A stretch of DNA of 62,805 bases from an uncultured Gemmatimonas sp. (lineage in GTDB: Bacteria > Gemmatimonadota > Gemmatimonadetes > Gemmatimonadales > GWC2-71-9), in NCBI GenBank assembly GCA_964535105.1, contig CAZHSO010000007.1:1-62805 (forward strand). The letters are read 5' to 3'. Position numbers and translations under genes: made by a program. Positions 27,805 through 36,989 of this stretch are shown in pieces; the first letter of the stretch is position 1; each line of letters opens with the position of its first letter. The notes beneath the pieces are model-generated. The model ran no database searches and was not told the origin of the DNA. It worked only from the letters and a program-made list of their open reading frames with translations.

Positions 27805-29292
27805 TCAATCATAGTTGTCGATCTGGGCCCGTTGCAGCGTGCCGCTGTAGTCAACGTAGCACACTTTGGTCTCAGAGTAGAACTCGTAGACTTCCCAGCC
27901 GCCTTCCCGATGGCCGTTGCCGGTCTGCTTCACACCGCCGAACGGGAGATGCGCTTCGGCGCCGATAGTGGGCGCATTGATGTAGGTGATCCCGTTGTCG
28001 AGATCCTGCATCGCGCGGAAGGCGAGGTTGGTGTCGCGGGTGTACACCGAACTCGAGAGGCCGTACAGCACTCCATTATTCACTCGCACTGCTTCGTCGA
28101 AGCTGCTCACCCGGATGACGGTGAGAACAGGCCCGAAGATTTCTTCCTGCGCGAGGCGGCTCCTGGGCCGGGCGCCGGCAAAAATCGTCGGACGGTAGAA
28201 CCATCCATTCCGGAGCCGCGGGCTCCGCGGCCGCCGACCGCCGGTGATGAGCTCCAGTCCCTCATTCCGCCCGATCTCCACGTACCGCTCCACCTTGTCC
28301 CGCGCCGCTTCGTGGATCAGCGGGCCGACGTCGGTAGCATCCTTGCGGCCGTCGCCCAGGTCGAGACGGTCGACCGCCTCTTCCAGGCGCCGGAGGAAGC
28401 GATCGTGAATCCGGCGGTGCAGAATGAGCCTGCTGGTGGCGGTGCACCGCTGGCCGGTGGTGCCGAAGGCCCCCCAGAGCACGCCGTCGAGCGCCAGATC
28501 GAGGTCGGCGTCATCCATGACGATCATGGCGTTCTTCCCGCCCATCTCGAGCGAGAGCCGCTTGTGGGTCCGTCCGCAGGCCTCGCCGATCGCGGAGCCG
28601 GTCGCGGTCGAGCCGGTGAAGGAAATCACCGGCACGCCGGGGTGCTCGACCAGCGCGCGGCCGGTGTCGCCGGCACCGTGCACCAGCTGAATCACCTCTG
28701 GGGGAAGTCCCGCCTCGAGGAGAATCTCGACCAGCAGATGGACCGTGTGCGGCACATCCTCGGACGGTTTGATCACCACGCTGTTCCCGCACACCAGCGC
28801 GGGAAACATTTTCCAGGTGGGAATGGCGAGCGGAAAATTGAACGGGGTGATGAGGCCCGCGACGCCGATCGGGCGGCGGTAGCTCATGGCCCACTTGCTG
28901 CGCAGCTCGCTCGGCACGGTATGGCCGAAGAGCCGGCGGCCCTCCGAGGCGGCGTAGTACGCGGTATCGATTCCCTCCTGCACGTCCCCGCGGGTTTCGG
29001 CGAGCACCTTTCCCATTTCGCGTGTCATCGCCCGCGCGATCGCTTCCTTGCGTTCGGTGAGGAGGTCGCCGACGCGCTTCAGCACGTCGCCGCGCGCGGG
29101 CGCGGGCACCCGGGACCACTTCCGGAATCCTTCGGTGGCCGACTGCACCGCCGCGTTGACGTCCTCGGGCCCCGAGTCGGGAAACCGTCCGATCAGGTCG
29201 CGAATGTTGGCGGGGTTGCGATTCTCGAAGTAGCGGCCGGTGGCGGGACGGACCCAGCGGCCGGCGATGAAATTTCTGAACGTAGTCGGCAT
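27805..29292 (-). CDS. Aldehyde dehydrogenase family protein
   Basis: ITPFNFP, FTGST, LEMGGKN, GQRCTA, EEIFGP and PFGGVK. Confidence 0.95.
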   Translation of the reverse strand: MPTTFRNFIAGRWVRPATGRYFENRNPANIRDLIGRFPDSGPEDVNAAVQSATEGFRKWSRVPAPARGDVLKRVGDLLTERKEAIARAMTREMGKVLAETRGDVQEGIDTAYYAASEGRRLFGHTVPSELRSKWAMSYRRPIGVAGLITPFNFPLAIPTWKMFPALVCGNSVVIKPSEDVPHTVHLLVEILLEAGLPPEVIQLVHGAGDTGRALVEHPGVPVISFTGSTATGSAIGEACGRTHKRLSLEMGGKNAMIVMDDADLDLALDGVLWGAFGTTGQRCTATSRLILHRRIHDRFLRRLEEAVDRLDLGDGRKDATDVGPLIHEAARDKVERYVEIGRNEGLELITGGRRPRSPRLRNGWFYRPTIFAGARPRSRLAQEEIFGPVLTVIRVSSFDEAVRVNNGVLYGLSSSVYTRDTNLAFRAMQDLDNGITYINAPTIGAEAHLPFGGVKQTGNGHREGGWEVYEFYSETKVCYVDYSGTLQRAQIDNYD

Positions 29293-29305
29293 CGATCTCT
29301 TGGTT

Positions 29306-29370
29306 TGCTGAATGCTGGGTGCTGGATGCTGGAAACTCCCTGTACTTGAACTCACCCGTCACAGGTCACC
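29306..29370. repeat. Heptamer array TGCTGGA x4 followed by an unrelated TCACCCG-like arm
   Basis: TGCTGAA TGCTGGG TGCTGGA TGCTGGA, then TCACCCG TCACAGG TCACC. Confidence 0.75.
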
Positions 29371-29830
29371 CACAACTCCACGTCGTGGGCTGTTTGGCGT
29401 ATTCGGTGCGCTCGAGGATGGCCTTGCCGAGGAGCGCCGCGCCCCACAGGGCAACCAGGAGCGACACGATGTGGGCAAGACCCATGCGCCGACTCCAGCT
29501 GGTCACCGCGCCCCAGAGGCCCGCGAGCGCGACGCCGCCGGTCGCGGCTAGATACCCGTAGAGTGGCAGCCCGCAGGCGTGCGCGTACGGCCAGGCGAGT
29601 CCGACCCCGACCGCCACCGTCACCCCGAGGAGTACCCGGACCCAGGTGGCGAGGGCATCGCGGCCGGTGCGGGTGGGCGCCACCGATGCCGCCCGCTGAG
29701 GAGCAGCGAGCGCGGCCGGGCCACCCCTGACCTCCGACCCCTTACCCCTGACCCCTGTCCCTGGCTGCTTGGCGATGATCTTGTCGATCTCCGCCATTTC
29801 CTTGTCCCAGTCCCGCGGTGGGCCGGTCAC
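29366..29830 (-). CDS. Hypothetical membrane protein
   Basis: RDWDKEMAEIDK N-terminus, about three transmembrane segments, WPY...CG and terminal WSCG; GTGA-coupled to the upstream regulator. Confidence 0.75.
   Translation of the reverse strand: MTGPPRDWDKEMAEIDKIIAKQPGTGVRGKGSEVRGGPAALAAPQRAASVAPTRTGRDALATWVRVLLGVTVAVGVGLAWPYAHACGLPLYGYLAATGGVALAGLWGAVTSWSRRMGLAHIVSLLVALWGAALLGKAILERTEYAKQPTTWSCG
29723..29764. repeat. Intragenic heptamer array (ACCCCTG x5-6)
   Basis: ACCCCTG ACCTCCG ACCCCTT ACCCCTG ACCCCTG TCCCTGG; encodes PGTGVRGKGSEVRG on the minus strand. Confidence 0.75.
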
Positions 29831-31200
29831 GTGTCCTCTCGGGTGATCTGATATTTCTCGATCTTCTTGTACAGGTTGGATCGCGGCATGTCCAGGGCGC
29901 GCGCGGTCTCGGCCACGTTCCAGCCATGCTCCCGGAGCTTGGAGAGCAGGAAGGCGCGCTCCGCGTCCTGCTTGAAATGCTCGAAGGTCGGTGCCCGTCC
30001 CGCTTCGGGAGCGGCGCCCGCGGCGGCGCCCGCGTCCCCTGCGGGGAGCAGGCGCTCGATGTCCGCGGCGGTGATCTGCTTTCCTGCGGCGAGGATCAGG
30101 AGCCGCTCGATGGCGTTCCGGAGCTCGCGGACGTTTCCGGGCCAGCTCCGCCGCTGCAACGCCTTGACCCCGTCCGGGGTCACCGCACGGGGCGCAACAC
30201 CCGCGCCCCCCGAGAGCGTCGCCACGAAGTGCTCGACGAGGGCGGGAATGTCCTCGAGCCGCTCGCGGAGCGGCGGCACGTTGATCGGCACCACGTTGAG
30301 CCGGTAGAAGAGATCTTCGCGGAACCGGCCCTCGCCGATCTCTTCTTCGAGATCCTTGTTGGTGGCGGCGACGACACGCACGTCGGCCTGCACCGACTTG
30401 GCGGCCCCGATCCGGGTCACCATCCCCTCCTGCAGCACCCGGAGCACCTTGGCCTGCGCGGAGAGCGACATGTCGCCGACTTCATCCAGGAAGAGGGTGC
30501 CGCCGTCCGCCAGCTCGAACTTTCCGGCACGGTCGGAGAAGGCGCCGGTGAAACTCCCTTTCATGTGCCCGAAGAGCTCGCTCTCGATCAGCTCGGAGGG
30601 AATGGCGGCGCAGTTCACCTCGATGAAGGCGCGATCCCGCCGCGGCGAGGCCTCGTGGACGGCGCGCGCCACCAGCTCCTTGCCGCTTCCATTTTCGCCG
30701 GTGATCAGCACCCGCGCGTGGGTCGGGCCGACCCGGTCGATCAGGGCGCGCACCTCTTCCAGCGCAGGGCTGGTGCCGACCATCGGGTAGCGGGTATCCA
30801 GCGCGCGCTTGAGCTCGCGGTTCTCGCCGGCGAGCGCCGACTGCTGCAGCGAATTGCGCAACGTCACCAGCAGCCGGTCGGTGTCGAGCGGCTTCTCCAG
30901 GAAGTCGAACGCGCCGCGCTGGGTCGCCGCCACGGCGGTCGCGATGGTGCCGTGCCCCGAGATCATGACCACCGTCGCGGGAGGATCCAGATCGCGCAGC
31001 CGGGTGAGCGTTTCCAGCCCGTCGAGACCGGCCATTTTCACGTCGAGCAGCACGACGTGGGGAAGGAACTCGTTGCAAATGGTGATGCCCTCTCCCCCCG
31101 ACGCAGCGGTGCGCACCTGCCAGCCCTCGTACTCGAGCACTTGGCGAAGCGCATCCCGAATGCCGCCTTCGTCGTCGATGACCAGAATCCGGTTGCTCAT
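29827..31200 (-). CDS. Sigma54-dependent response regulator (NtrC/NtrX family)
   Basis: Receiver domain (IDDE, LLDVKM, FLEKP), AAA+ domain (GENGSGKE, ESELFGH.KGSFTGA, FLDEVG) and Fis-type HTH. Confidence 0.95.
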   Translation of the reverse strand: MSNRILVIDDEGGIRDALRQVLEYEGWQVRTAASGGEGITICNEFLPHVVLLDVKMAGLDGLETLTRLRDLDPPATVVMISGHGTIATAVAATQRGAFDFLEKPLDTDRLLVTLRNSLQQSALAGENRELKRALDTRYPMVGTSPALEEVRALIDRVGPTHARVLITGENGSGKELVARAVHEASPRRDRAFIEVNCAAIPSELIESELFGHMKGSFTGAFSDRAGKFELADGGTLFLDEVGDMSLSAQAKVLRVLQEGMVTRIGAAKSVQADVRVVAATNKDLEEEIGEGRFREDLFYRLNVVPINVPPLRERLEDIPALVEHFVATLSGGAGVAPRAVTPDGVKALQRRSWPGNVRELRNAIERLLILAAGKQITAADIERLLPAGDAGAAAGAAPEAGRAPTFEHFKQDAERAFLLSKLREHGWNVAETARALDMPRSNLYKKIEKYQITREDT

Positions 31201-31838
31201 CGCGCCGCACCCGAACCGTAGAGGGTGACACCCAACGGCGAGACGCGAAGCCCGCTCACCGTGCGCGGAAGGCTGAGACCGATGACGTTGCTCTCCTCCG
31301 AGCCGGCAAAGCGGCGGATGAGCCGCTGCACCACTTCGGCGGGGAGCGGAACGCCGCGCACCCGCACTCGCTCGAGCTGCCACTCTGCCCGCCCTGCCTG
31401 CCGGAACACGATCCGGCCGCCCGCCTCCACGAACTCGTGATCGCGCACGACGCTCCCGATCGCTCCCAACGAGACGGGCACGGCGCGGGTATCCACGCGG
31501 GCGCGCACCCCCAGGTCGTCCTGATCGAGGGTGACTTCGACCGAATCGACCGCCCCTGGGGCAACGACCGATGCGAGAGAGTCGAACAGGCTCGCGACAT
31601 CGGCGGCGGACAGAACTACCGAGTCGGCCAGTGAACCGAGCAGCCCGTCGATGCGGCGCGCGGCGGGAGCGGCCCCTCCCCGGACCGCCATCCCCTTGCC
31701 GCGCGCGGGGGAGCCGTCCGCGGTCCACTCGTGGACCTTCCGGCGAATCTCGTCCCGGTAGGACCATGCCACGTAGCCGAGCAGCACCAGAAGCACCAGC
31801 ACCGCGAGCCGGAAGGGAAGGGAGAGACATCCCCTCAT
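31197..31838 (-). CDS. Hypothetical membrane-anchored protein
   Basis: N-terminal transmembrane segment MRGCLSLPFRLAVLVLLVLLGYVAW; ATGA overlaps on both sides. Confidence 0.7.
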   Translation of the reverse strand: MRGCLSLPFRLAVLVLLVLLGYVAWSYRDEIRRKVHEWTADGSPARGKGMAVRGGAAPAARRIDGLLGSLADSVVLSAADVASLFDSLASVVAPGAVDSVEVTLDQDDLGVRARVDTRAVPVSLGAIGSVVRDHEFVEAGGRIVFRQAGRAEWQLERVRVRGVPLPAEVVQRLIRRFAGSEESNVIGLSLPRTVSGLRVSPLGVTLYGSGAAR

Positions 31839-32389
31839 GGCGTGAGCAGCTTCTCGAGGCGCACGCTGTACGTCGGCCCCGCCTTCGTGAGCCGGCTCTC
31901 GAAGAGGACGATCCGGTCGGCGAGAAAGGAAGTTCCATGCGGCAAAGCTTCCAGCTGATCCATGGCGCCGGGGGGAAGGTGGTGACCCTCGCGCACGCGG
32001 CCCAGGGTGAGATGGGGGCGGAACGGCCGGCCTTCCGGTGGAAAGCCGATCGCTTCCCCTCCCCGCTCGATGCGGTCCTGCAGCAGCTCGAGGTCGGGTC
32101 CAGCCTCCACTTCGAGCCGGAGGACCCGGGGATGCCGCCGTGACGGGAATCCGCCTCCCCCGAGGAGCGTCAGCGGCATCGGATGAAGCCCCTCGGTGGC
32201 GAACTGGACCATTTCCTCGATCGCGTCGACGCGGTCGGAGGTGACTTCCCCGAAGAATTTCAGCGTGAGGTGGAGCGCATCGTCCCGCACCCAGCGAACC
32301 GGCCATTCGAGCTGCTGGAGCTCGCGCAAGAGACCGCTCGCATGCTCGAGCGCAGGCGACGGAATCGGGACGCCAATGAAGAGCCGCAT
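31835..32389 (-). CDS. thpR: RNA 2',3'-cyclic phosphodiesterase (2H family)
   Basis: MRLFIG, two HLTL motifs, and LFES.L...GPTY. Confidence 0.93.
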   Translation of the reverse strand: MRLFIGVPIPSPALEHASGLLRELQQLEWPVRWVRDDALHLTLKFFGEVTSDRVDAIEEMVQFATEGLHPMPLTLLGGGGFPSRRHPRVLRLEVEAGPDLELLQDRIERGGEAIGFPPEGRPFRPHLTLGRVREGHHLPPGAMDQLEALPHGTSFLADRIVLFESRLTKAGPTYSVRLEKLLTP

Positions 32390-33183
32390 CAGGCAATCAC
32401 CAGCAGACTGCCCCGGCGGTATCCGCGCGCATCGCGCTCCACATCCTCGAATCCCAGGCTCCGGAGCCGGGCGACGACCCCGTCCCAGTGCCCATCCACC
32501 AGCTCGAACTCCCGGGGTGCGACTTCGATCCGGGCCCGGTTTCCGAGATGGCGCACTCGCAGATCCCCCGTCACACCCAGCCCCCTGAGAAACTGCTCGG
32601 CGGATTCCACCTGCCGAAGTCGGTCCGCGGTGATGGCAAGACCGTACTGCACCCGGCTCGAAAGACAGGGCGACGCAGGCGCATCCCAGATGGGAATGCC
32701 GAGACGCTTTGCCGCCTCGCGAATACCGGCCTTGGTCATCCCGAGCTCGGCGAGAGGAGAGCGGACGCCAAGCTCGACCCCCGCGGCCCGGCCCGGACGG
32801 TGATCGCCCAGATCGTCGGCGTGGGTGCCGTCGATCACGGTGTCGAAGCCGAGATCCCGCGCCAGCAGCGTCACCCGGGTCCAGAGCTCCGCCTTGCAGT
32901 AGTAGCAGCGGTTGACGGGATTCTCGAGATACTTCGGATCTTCCAGCTCACGGGTGTCGAGCTCCCGGAAGGGAACTCCGAATCGCTCCGCCAGCTCGAG
33001 CGCGGCGCTGTATTGCACCTCCGGATAGGAGGCGCTCCGTCCGATCACGGCGAGGAATCGTCCGGCCGGGAGCGCACCGGTCGCGGCCACCGCGAGCAGC
33101 GCGGAGTCCACGCCCCCGGAGTATCCCAATGCCACGCGGCCAAGGGTCCGAAGATGGTTGTGCAGGCGGGCGACTTCGTCCAT
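32389..33183 (-). CDS. larE: LarE-family ATP-dependent sulfur transferase (PP-loop)
   Basis: SGGVDS, NRCYYCK, DGT..DD..D.RPG..A, SPL.E.G..K and PCLSSR. Confidence 0.9.
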   Translation of the reverse strand: MDEVARLHNHLRTLGRVALGYSGGVDSALLAVAATGALPAGRFLAVIGRSASYPEVQYSAALELAERFGVPFRELDTRELEDPKYLENPVNRCYYCKAELWTRVTLLARDLGFDTVIDGTHADDLGDHRPGRAAGVELGVRSPLAELGMTKAGIREAAKRLGIPIWDAPASPCLSSRVQYGLAITADRLRQVESAEQFLRGLGVTGDLRVRHLGNRARIEVAPREFELVDGHWDGVVARLRSLGFEDVERDARGYRRGSLLVIA

Positions 33184-33234
33184 GCCCAAACGTAACGCCG
33201 TCGCGGGGCAACGGAAGCGGAATTAGTTTGGAGG

Positions 33235-33672
33235 ATGGCGGATGATCCCTGGATGTTAGCCGGAAGCAATCTTCGGATCCCGAGAGCGGAAGTGAGCTTT
33301 CGTGCCACTCGCGCCGGGGGACCCGGCGGCCAGCACGTCAATACCTCCTCCACCCGCGTCGAGCTCTGGTGGAATCTGGAGGAAAGCAGTGCTCCGAACG
33401 GTGCGCAACGAGCGCTCCTCCGGGAGCGACTGGTGACGCGGCTCGATGGCGAGGGATGGCTTCGGCTGGTCGAGGCGGGGAGCCGGAGCCAGCTGCGCAA
33501 TCGCGAAGCGGCAGAGGAGCGGTTTCTCGCGCTGCTCAGGCAGGCCCTCAAGCCGAAGAAGAAGCGCATGCCGACCAGGGTGCCCCGGAGCGAGAAGGCT
33601 CGACGCCTCGAGGGCAAGCGACTCCGCTCGGGCATCAAGCGCCTCCGAGGGAAGGTAGCGGGGGATGAGTAA
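33235..33672 (+). CDS. arfB: Alternative ribosome rescue peptidyl-tRNA hydrolase ArfB
   Basis: GGPGGQHVN, RSQ..NR..A and a basic tail PKKKR.PTR......RRL..KR.RS..K.LR. Confidence 0.94.
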   Translation: MADDPWMLAGSNLRIPRAEVSFRATRAGGPGGQHVNTSSTRVELWWNLEESSAPNGAQRALLRERLVTRLDGEGWLRLVEAGSRSQLRNREAAEERFLALLRQALKPKKKRMPTRVPRSEKARRLEGKRLRSGIKRLRGKVAGDE

Positions 33673-34300
33673 GTGGCTCGAAGATGCGGGTGAGCGTCTC
33701 AGCTTCTATCACGCGGCAGTCTGGGTTTTCCTCGCCTGCACGGTCTTCGGAATCATGGTGGCGTACTACCTGTTGACCATGGACCGGATCGGCCTCCTCG
33801 GCGCGGCCGGCATACTGCTCACCGCATGGGTCCTCGCCGCGGCGATCACCGCCGGCATCTGGACGATGAGTGGGATTGTGAGCCGAGGGATAGTGCAGAC
33901 CATGACCGGCGCGGGAAATCTCCCCCCCGCTCCGGGCTTTTCCTTCCAGGAATCCCTGGTGGCGCGCGGGAAATACCAGGAGGCCGCGGAGGCGTACGGC
34001 GAGCACCTGGAGCGCTCTCCCGACGACATCCACGCCAGGCTGGCTCTGGCCGCGCTGTGGCGCGACCACCTCGGCGATCCCGCCATGTCGGAACGGCTGT
34101 ATCTGGATACGAGGAGCCGCCGTCCCCCGCCCAACGTCGAGTTCGCCATCGGGAACTCCCTCATCGACCTCTATCACCGCACCGGCCAGCCCGGGCGGGA
34201 GCTTGCCGAGCTGGCCCGGTTCGCCGAGCGGTTCCGGGGTACGCCGGAGGGAGCCCGCGCGCGCGCGGCGATTGCGCGGATCAAGGCGGGCGACGGATGA
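33665..34300 (+). CDS. Membrane protein with TPR-like C-terminal domain
   Basis: Two N-terminal transmembrane segments, then helical repeats (G.YQEAAEAY..HL...PDD..ARL.LA). Confidence 0.7.
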   Translation: MSKWLEDAGERLSFYHAAVWVFLACTVFGIMVAYYLLTMDRIGLLGAAGILLTAWVLAAAITAGIWTMSGIVSRGIVQTMTGAGNLPPAPGFSFQESLVARGKYQEAAEAYGEHLERSPDDIHARLALAALWRDHLGDPAMSERLYLDTRSRRPPPNVEFAIGNSLIDLYHRTGQPGRELAELARFAERFRGTPEGARARAAIARIKAGDG

Positions 34301-34581
34301 GCGCGTGGAAATACTTCGGGACCAGACAGGTCCGTGAGGCTCGCGCTTGGGCCGCCGAGGGGGGCATCGCGGTGCATGAGAACATCTGGAAATCACGGGG
34401 GCGGCGCACCTGCCACCTGCTGGCAGGGGGCGAAGCGCAGCTGCTGATGGCGGCACGGACAGTCGGGTGCGCCAACGCATGGATTCAGCGCACCCGGACC
34501 GTGCATTTCGACCTGGTGGAGAGCTACCTCGAGCGGGCGCTCGTCCGTTGCGGCAAGAACCCCTCGCTCACCGCACGGTAA
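34297..34581 (+). CDS. DUF4031-like small protein
   Basis: CHLLA....L...A..VG....WIQ.....HFDL......RA motif pattern; ATGA-coupled. Confidence 0.65.
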   Translation: MSAWKYFGTRQVREARAWAAEGGIAVHENIWKSRGRRTCHLLAGGEAQLLMAARTVGCANAWIQRTRTVHFDLVESYLERALVRCGKNPSLTAR

Positions 34582-35728
34582 ACGGCAGGATCCACCGGGT
34601 CCGGTCCCAGTCGAAGCGGATCTCGCCGCCATTCCCGACCGGCAGCACGGTGATCGTGAAGCGCTCGACCGGCTGCGCCAGCGATTCCGAGCGCATGGCA
34701 AGCCGAATGAGATCCTGCGACGGATCGTATTCGGTTCCCCACTGCCCGGTCTGCTTGTTCACGATCAGGCTCACGCCGTTCGGCGTCGGCAGCGTCCAGA
34801 GGGTGTACTTCCCGGCGGGGATGATTGCATCACCGACCCGGAGGTCCACCGGCGTGCCGAGCTGCGTCGCCCCGTTGGCCCCGGTGCGCCAGACCTGATT
34901 CCAGGGGACGATGTTCCCCAGAATCTGCCGCCCGCGCACCATCGGGCGCCCGTAGTCGACCCAGATCGTGGGCGGAGGAAGCTGGAGCACCGCGCGCGCG
35001 GTATCGCGCGGCGACATCGCGCCCGCCACCTGTCCCCCGCGCTCTCGATCCACGAACGATTGGACCAGCAGTTCGAGGTCGAGCGTGTTGACCCGGTCGA
35101 TGATGAATTTCTGGGTCGTGCGCATCCCGTTGACGCCGAGGACCCGCCCTCGGTTATCGACCCGGAGATAGAACGGAGTGCCGAAATAGTCGATGGCAAC
35201 GGAGTCTACCCCCCGCCGCGCGACGTAGTTCGGCGTCGGTTGCCGCTGGCCGGCCACAACCAGGTCCATCGGCACGCTGTCCGAACGCTCGCGGCGCGAC
35301 TGCATCACCATCTGTTCCAGCAGGCCGGCGGAGAGGCTCAGGAACGGCGCAGCCCCCGGCCGCACCCGCATCCGGCTCGTGTCGGGCTTGGTAGTGCCGC
35401 GGGTGACGATCACGGTCGCCATGGTGTCGCGCATCTCCTGGACGATCAGGAGTCCCGGCTCCGCCGGCGTGTCGAGCGAAGCCGTCCGGGTGATTTCGAT
35501 GCGCGCGATGCGTCCGAACCGGTCGAGGTTGGCGACGTAGCGGTACCGGCGGGCCCGCGGATTCACGGTAAAGAGCTCGCCCACGAGACGGTTGCCGGTG
35601 CGGGTGACGCGCTCGAGTGCCACGGTGTCGCGGCCGAGCCGGGCGATGAAATTGGACGTGTTGCCGCGCTGGGCGGCGAGAGGCGCGGCGAGGAGAGCAA
35701 AGGAGGTGAAGACGAGCAGAGGTCGCAT
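34568..35728 (-). CDS. Exported DUF2911-domain protein
   Basis: Signal peptide; C-terminal SPRDT, VDYGRP..RGR.I.G..VP..QVWRTGAN.AT, GKYTLWT.P and WGTEY. Confidence 0.88.
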   Translation of the reverse strand: MRPLLVFTSFALLAAPLAAQRGNTSNFIARLGRDTVALERVTRTGNRLVGELFTVNPRARRYRYVANLDRFGRIARIEITRTASLDTPAEPGLLIVQEMRDTMATVIVTRGTTKPDTSRMRVRPGAAPFLSLSAGLLEQMVMQSRRERSDSVPMDLVVAGQRQPTPNYVARRGVDSVAIDYFGTPFYLRVDNRGRVLGVNGMRTTQKFIIDRVNTLDLELLVQSFVDRERGGQVAGAMSPRDTARAVLQLPPPTIWVDYGRPMVRGRQILGNIVPWNQVWRTGANGATQLGTPVDLRVGDAIIPAGKYTLWTLPTPNGVSLIVNKQTGQWGTEYDPSQDLIRLAMRSESLAQPVERFTITVLPVGNGGEIRFDWDRTRWILPFTVR

Positions 35729-35744
35729 GAGCAAAGCTCCTGGT

Positions 35745-35807
35745 ACGGTCAACGGTCAACGGGAAAAACGCCAGCACCCAGCATCCAGCACCCAGCCTCC
35801 AGCATCC
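35745..35807. repeat. Mismatched heptamer arms: ACGGTCA x2.5 and CCAGCAY x5
   Basis: ACGGTCA ACGGTCA ACGG, spacer, then CCAGCAC CCAGCAT CCAGCAC CCAGCCT CCAGCAT. Confidence 0.8.
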
Positions 35808-36418
35808 TATTTTCTGCGCCCCACGGGAATAACCAGCTTCTCCGCGGTATGGGTCTCTGAGAATTTCGCCACCTTGGTGGCCACTAGACCCGCGGTTCTC
35901 GCCGCCGCAAAGATGGTGGTGTCCTTCACACCATCCTTGCCCTTGGGGTGAATCACCCAGATCGCGCCGTTCTCGCGGAGTGAAGGAACCGCCTTCGCGA
36001 TCCGCGCCACATCGCTGTCCCGCTCGACACCGAGGAAGACGAGGTCGGAGTTCCGCCGGAGGCGGCCCCACGAGGGCGACGCACCGGCGGCGGTGAGCTG
36101 GGTACGGAGGTGGACGTCGCTCACGCCCAGGATAGACACCACGATCCCCGGTTTGACCCCGAGCTTCTCGAGGCGCGACTTGGGGTGGAGAATCCGTTGC
36201 GCCCATCGGGCGGCCTCCGGACCAATGTGAAGCACCGTGCGGGTGTCCTCGTGCGAGACGATGAGGCGGCGCCCATCGACAAGTGCGCCGGTCACGGTGG
36301 CGAGCGGGATTCTGGTGCCGAGCGGGCCACGAATGACGATCTCATCGGTTTCGAGGAGCACACGCGCCTCCCCGGCTCCGCCCTCCGTCTCAACCCGGCA
36401 GGTCGCCTCAATTCCCAT
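35807..36418 (-). CDS. DUF3052-like hypothetical protein
   Basis: LEKLGVKPG, GAIWVI.PKG and GLV.TKV..FS.TH.A.KLV. Confidence 0.65.
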   Translation of the reverse strand: MGIEATCRVETEGGAGEARVLLETDEIVIRGPLGTRIPLATVTGALVDGRRLIVSHEDTRTVLHIGPEAARWAQRILHPKSRLEKLGVKPGIVVSILGVSDVHLRTQLTAAGASPSWGRLRRNSDLVFLGVERDSDVARIAKAVPSLRENGAIWVIHPKGKDGVKDTTIFAAARTAGLVATKVAKFSETHTAEKLVIPVGRRK

Positions 36419-36989
36419 CGCGCGCCACTCCGTCGGCGGCCATCTGGCGCCGATTCACGTTCAGGCGGTATCCGAGGTCGCGCAGGAGACGGGCTGCAGG
36501 GGACGCCCGTAGACCCAACCGGACGAGGACCCGTTCGATCGGGTTTCCCGTTTCCTCCCGCGCCGTCACCGTCACCGCTGTCCCGTGACCGGTCGCGACC
36601 AGTTGGAAGGTCAGCTCGGGAAGCGCCCGCCGCCCGTCCCGCCGCTGCTGCGTCACCAGCCGGCGGGGCGGTTCCGACTCGGCCAACTCGACAATCACGT
36701 CGCCCCCCCGCCCAACCTCCCGCCAGGTCGTCCTGCCTTCGGCAGCGGGGAGCCGCTCCACCCTGCTGAGATCGGAACGCCACATCGGCATTCCATCCAG
36801 ATCGGTGAGAACTCGCCAGACCGCCTCCGGCGGACGATCGAAGCTGCCCCACGCCGTGGTGCGGTGCTCCACGGGAAGCGCGATGCCGACCGCCAACATC
36901 ACCGCGCAGAGCCCCATCAAGGCCAGGAGCGCCCGCGCCATTTGCTTCCGGCGGGTGGTCCGCTTCCGCTGCTCCATCCAGCTCATCAC
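36408..36989 (-). CDS. SRPBCC (START-like) family protein with N-terminal anchor
   Basis: PPEAVW.VLTD.....WR and E.EPPRRLV. Confidence 0.8.
   Translation of the reverse strand: MMSWMEQRKRTTRRKQMARALLALMGLCAVMLAVGIALPVEHRTTAWGSFDRPPEAVWRVLTDLDGMPMWRSDLSRVERLPAAEGRTTWREVGRGGDVIVELAESEPPRRLVTQQRRDGRRALPELTFQLVATGHGTAVTVTAREETGNPIERVLVRLGLRASPAARLLRDLGYRLNVNRRQMAADGVARDGN

Noticed and set aside
29827-31938. Apparent long N-terminal extensions or fusions in the ORF track (also 16063-17790, 22811-24541, 20895-22121, 47817-48953, 54691-55821)
   Set aside because: The extensions overlap other real genes in a different frame; true starts were reassigned using RBS and stop/start overlaps.
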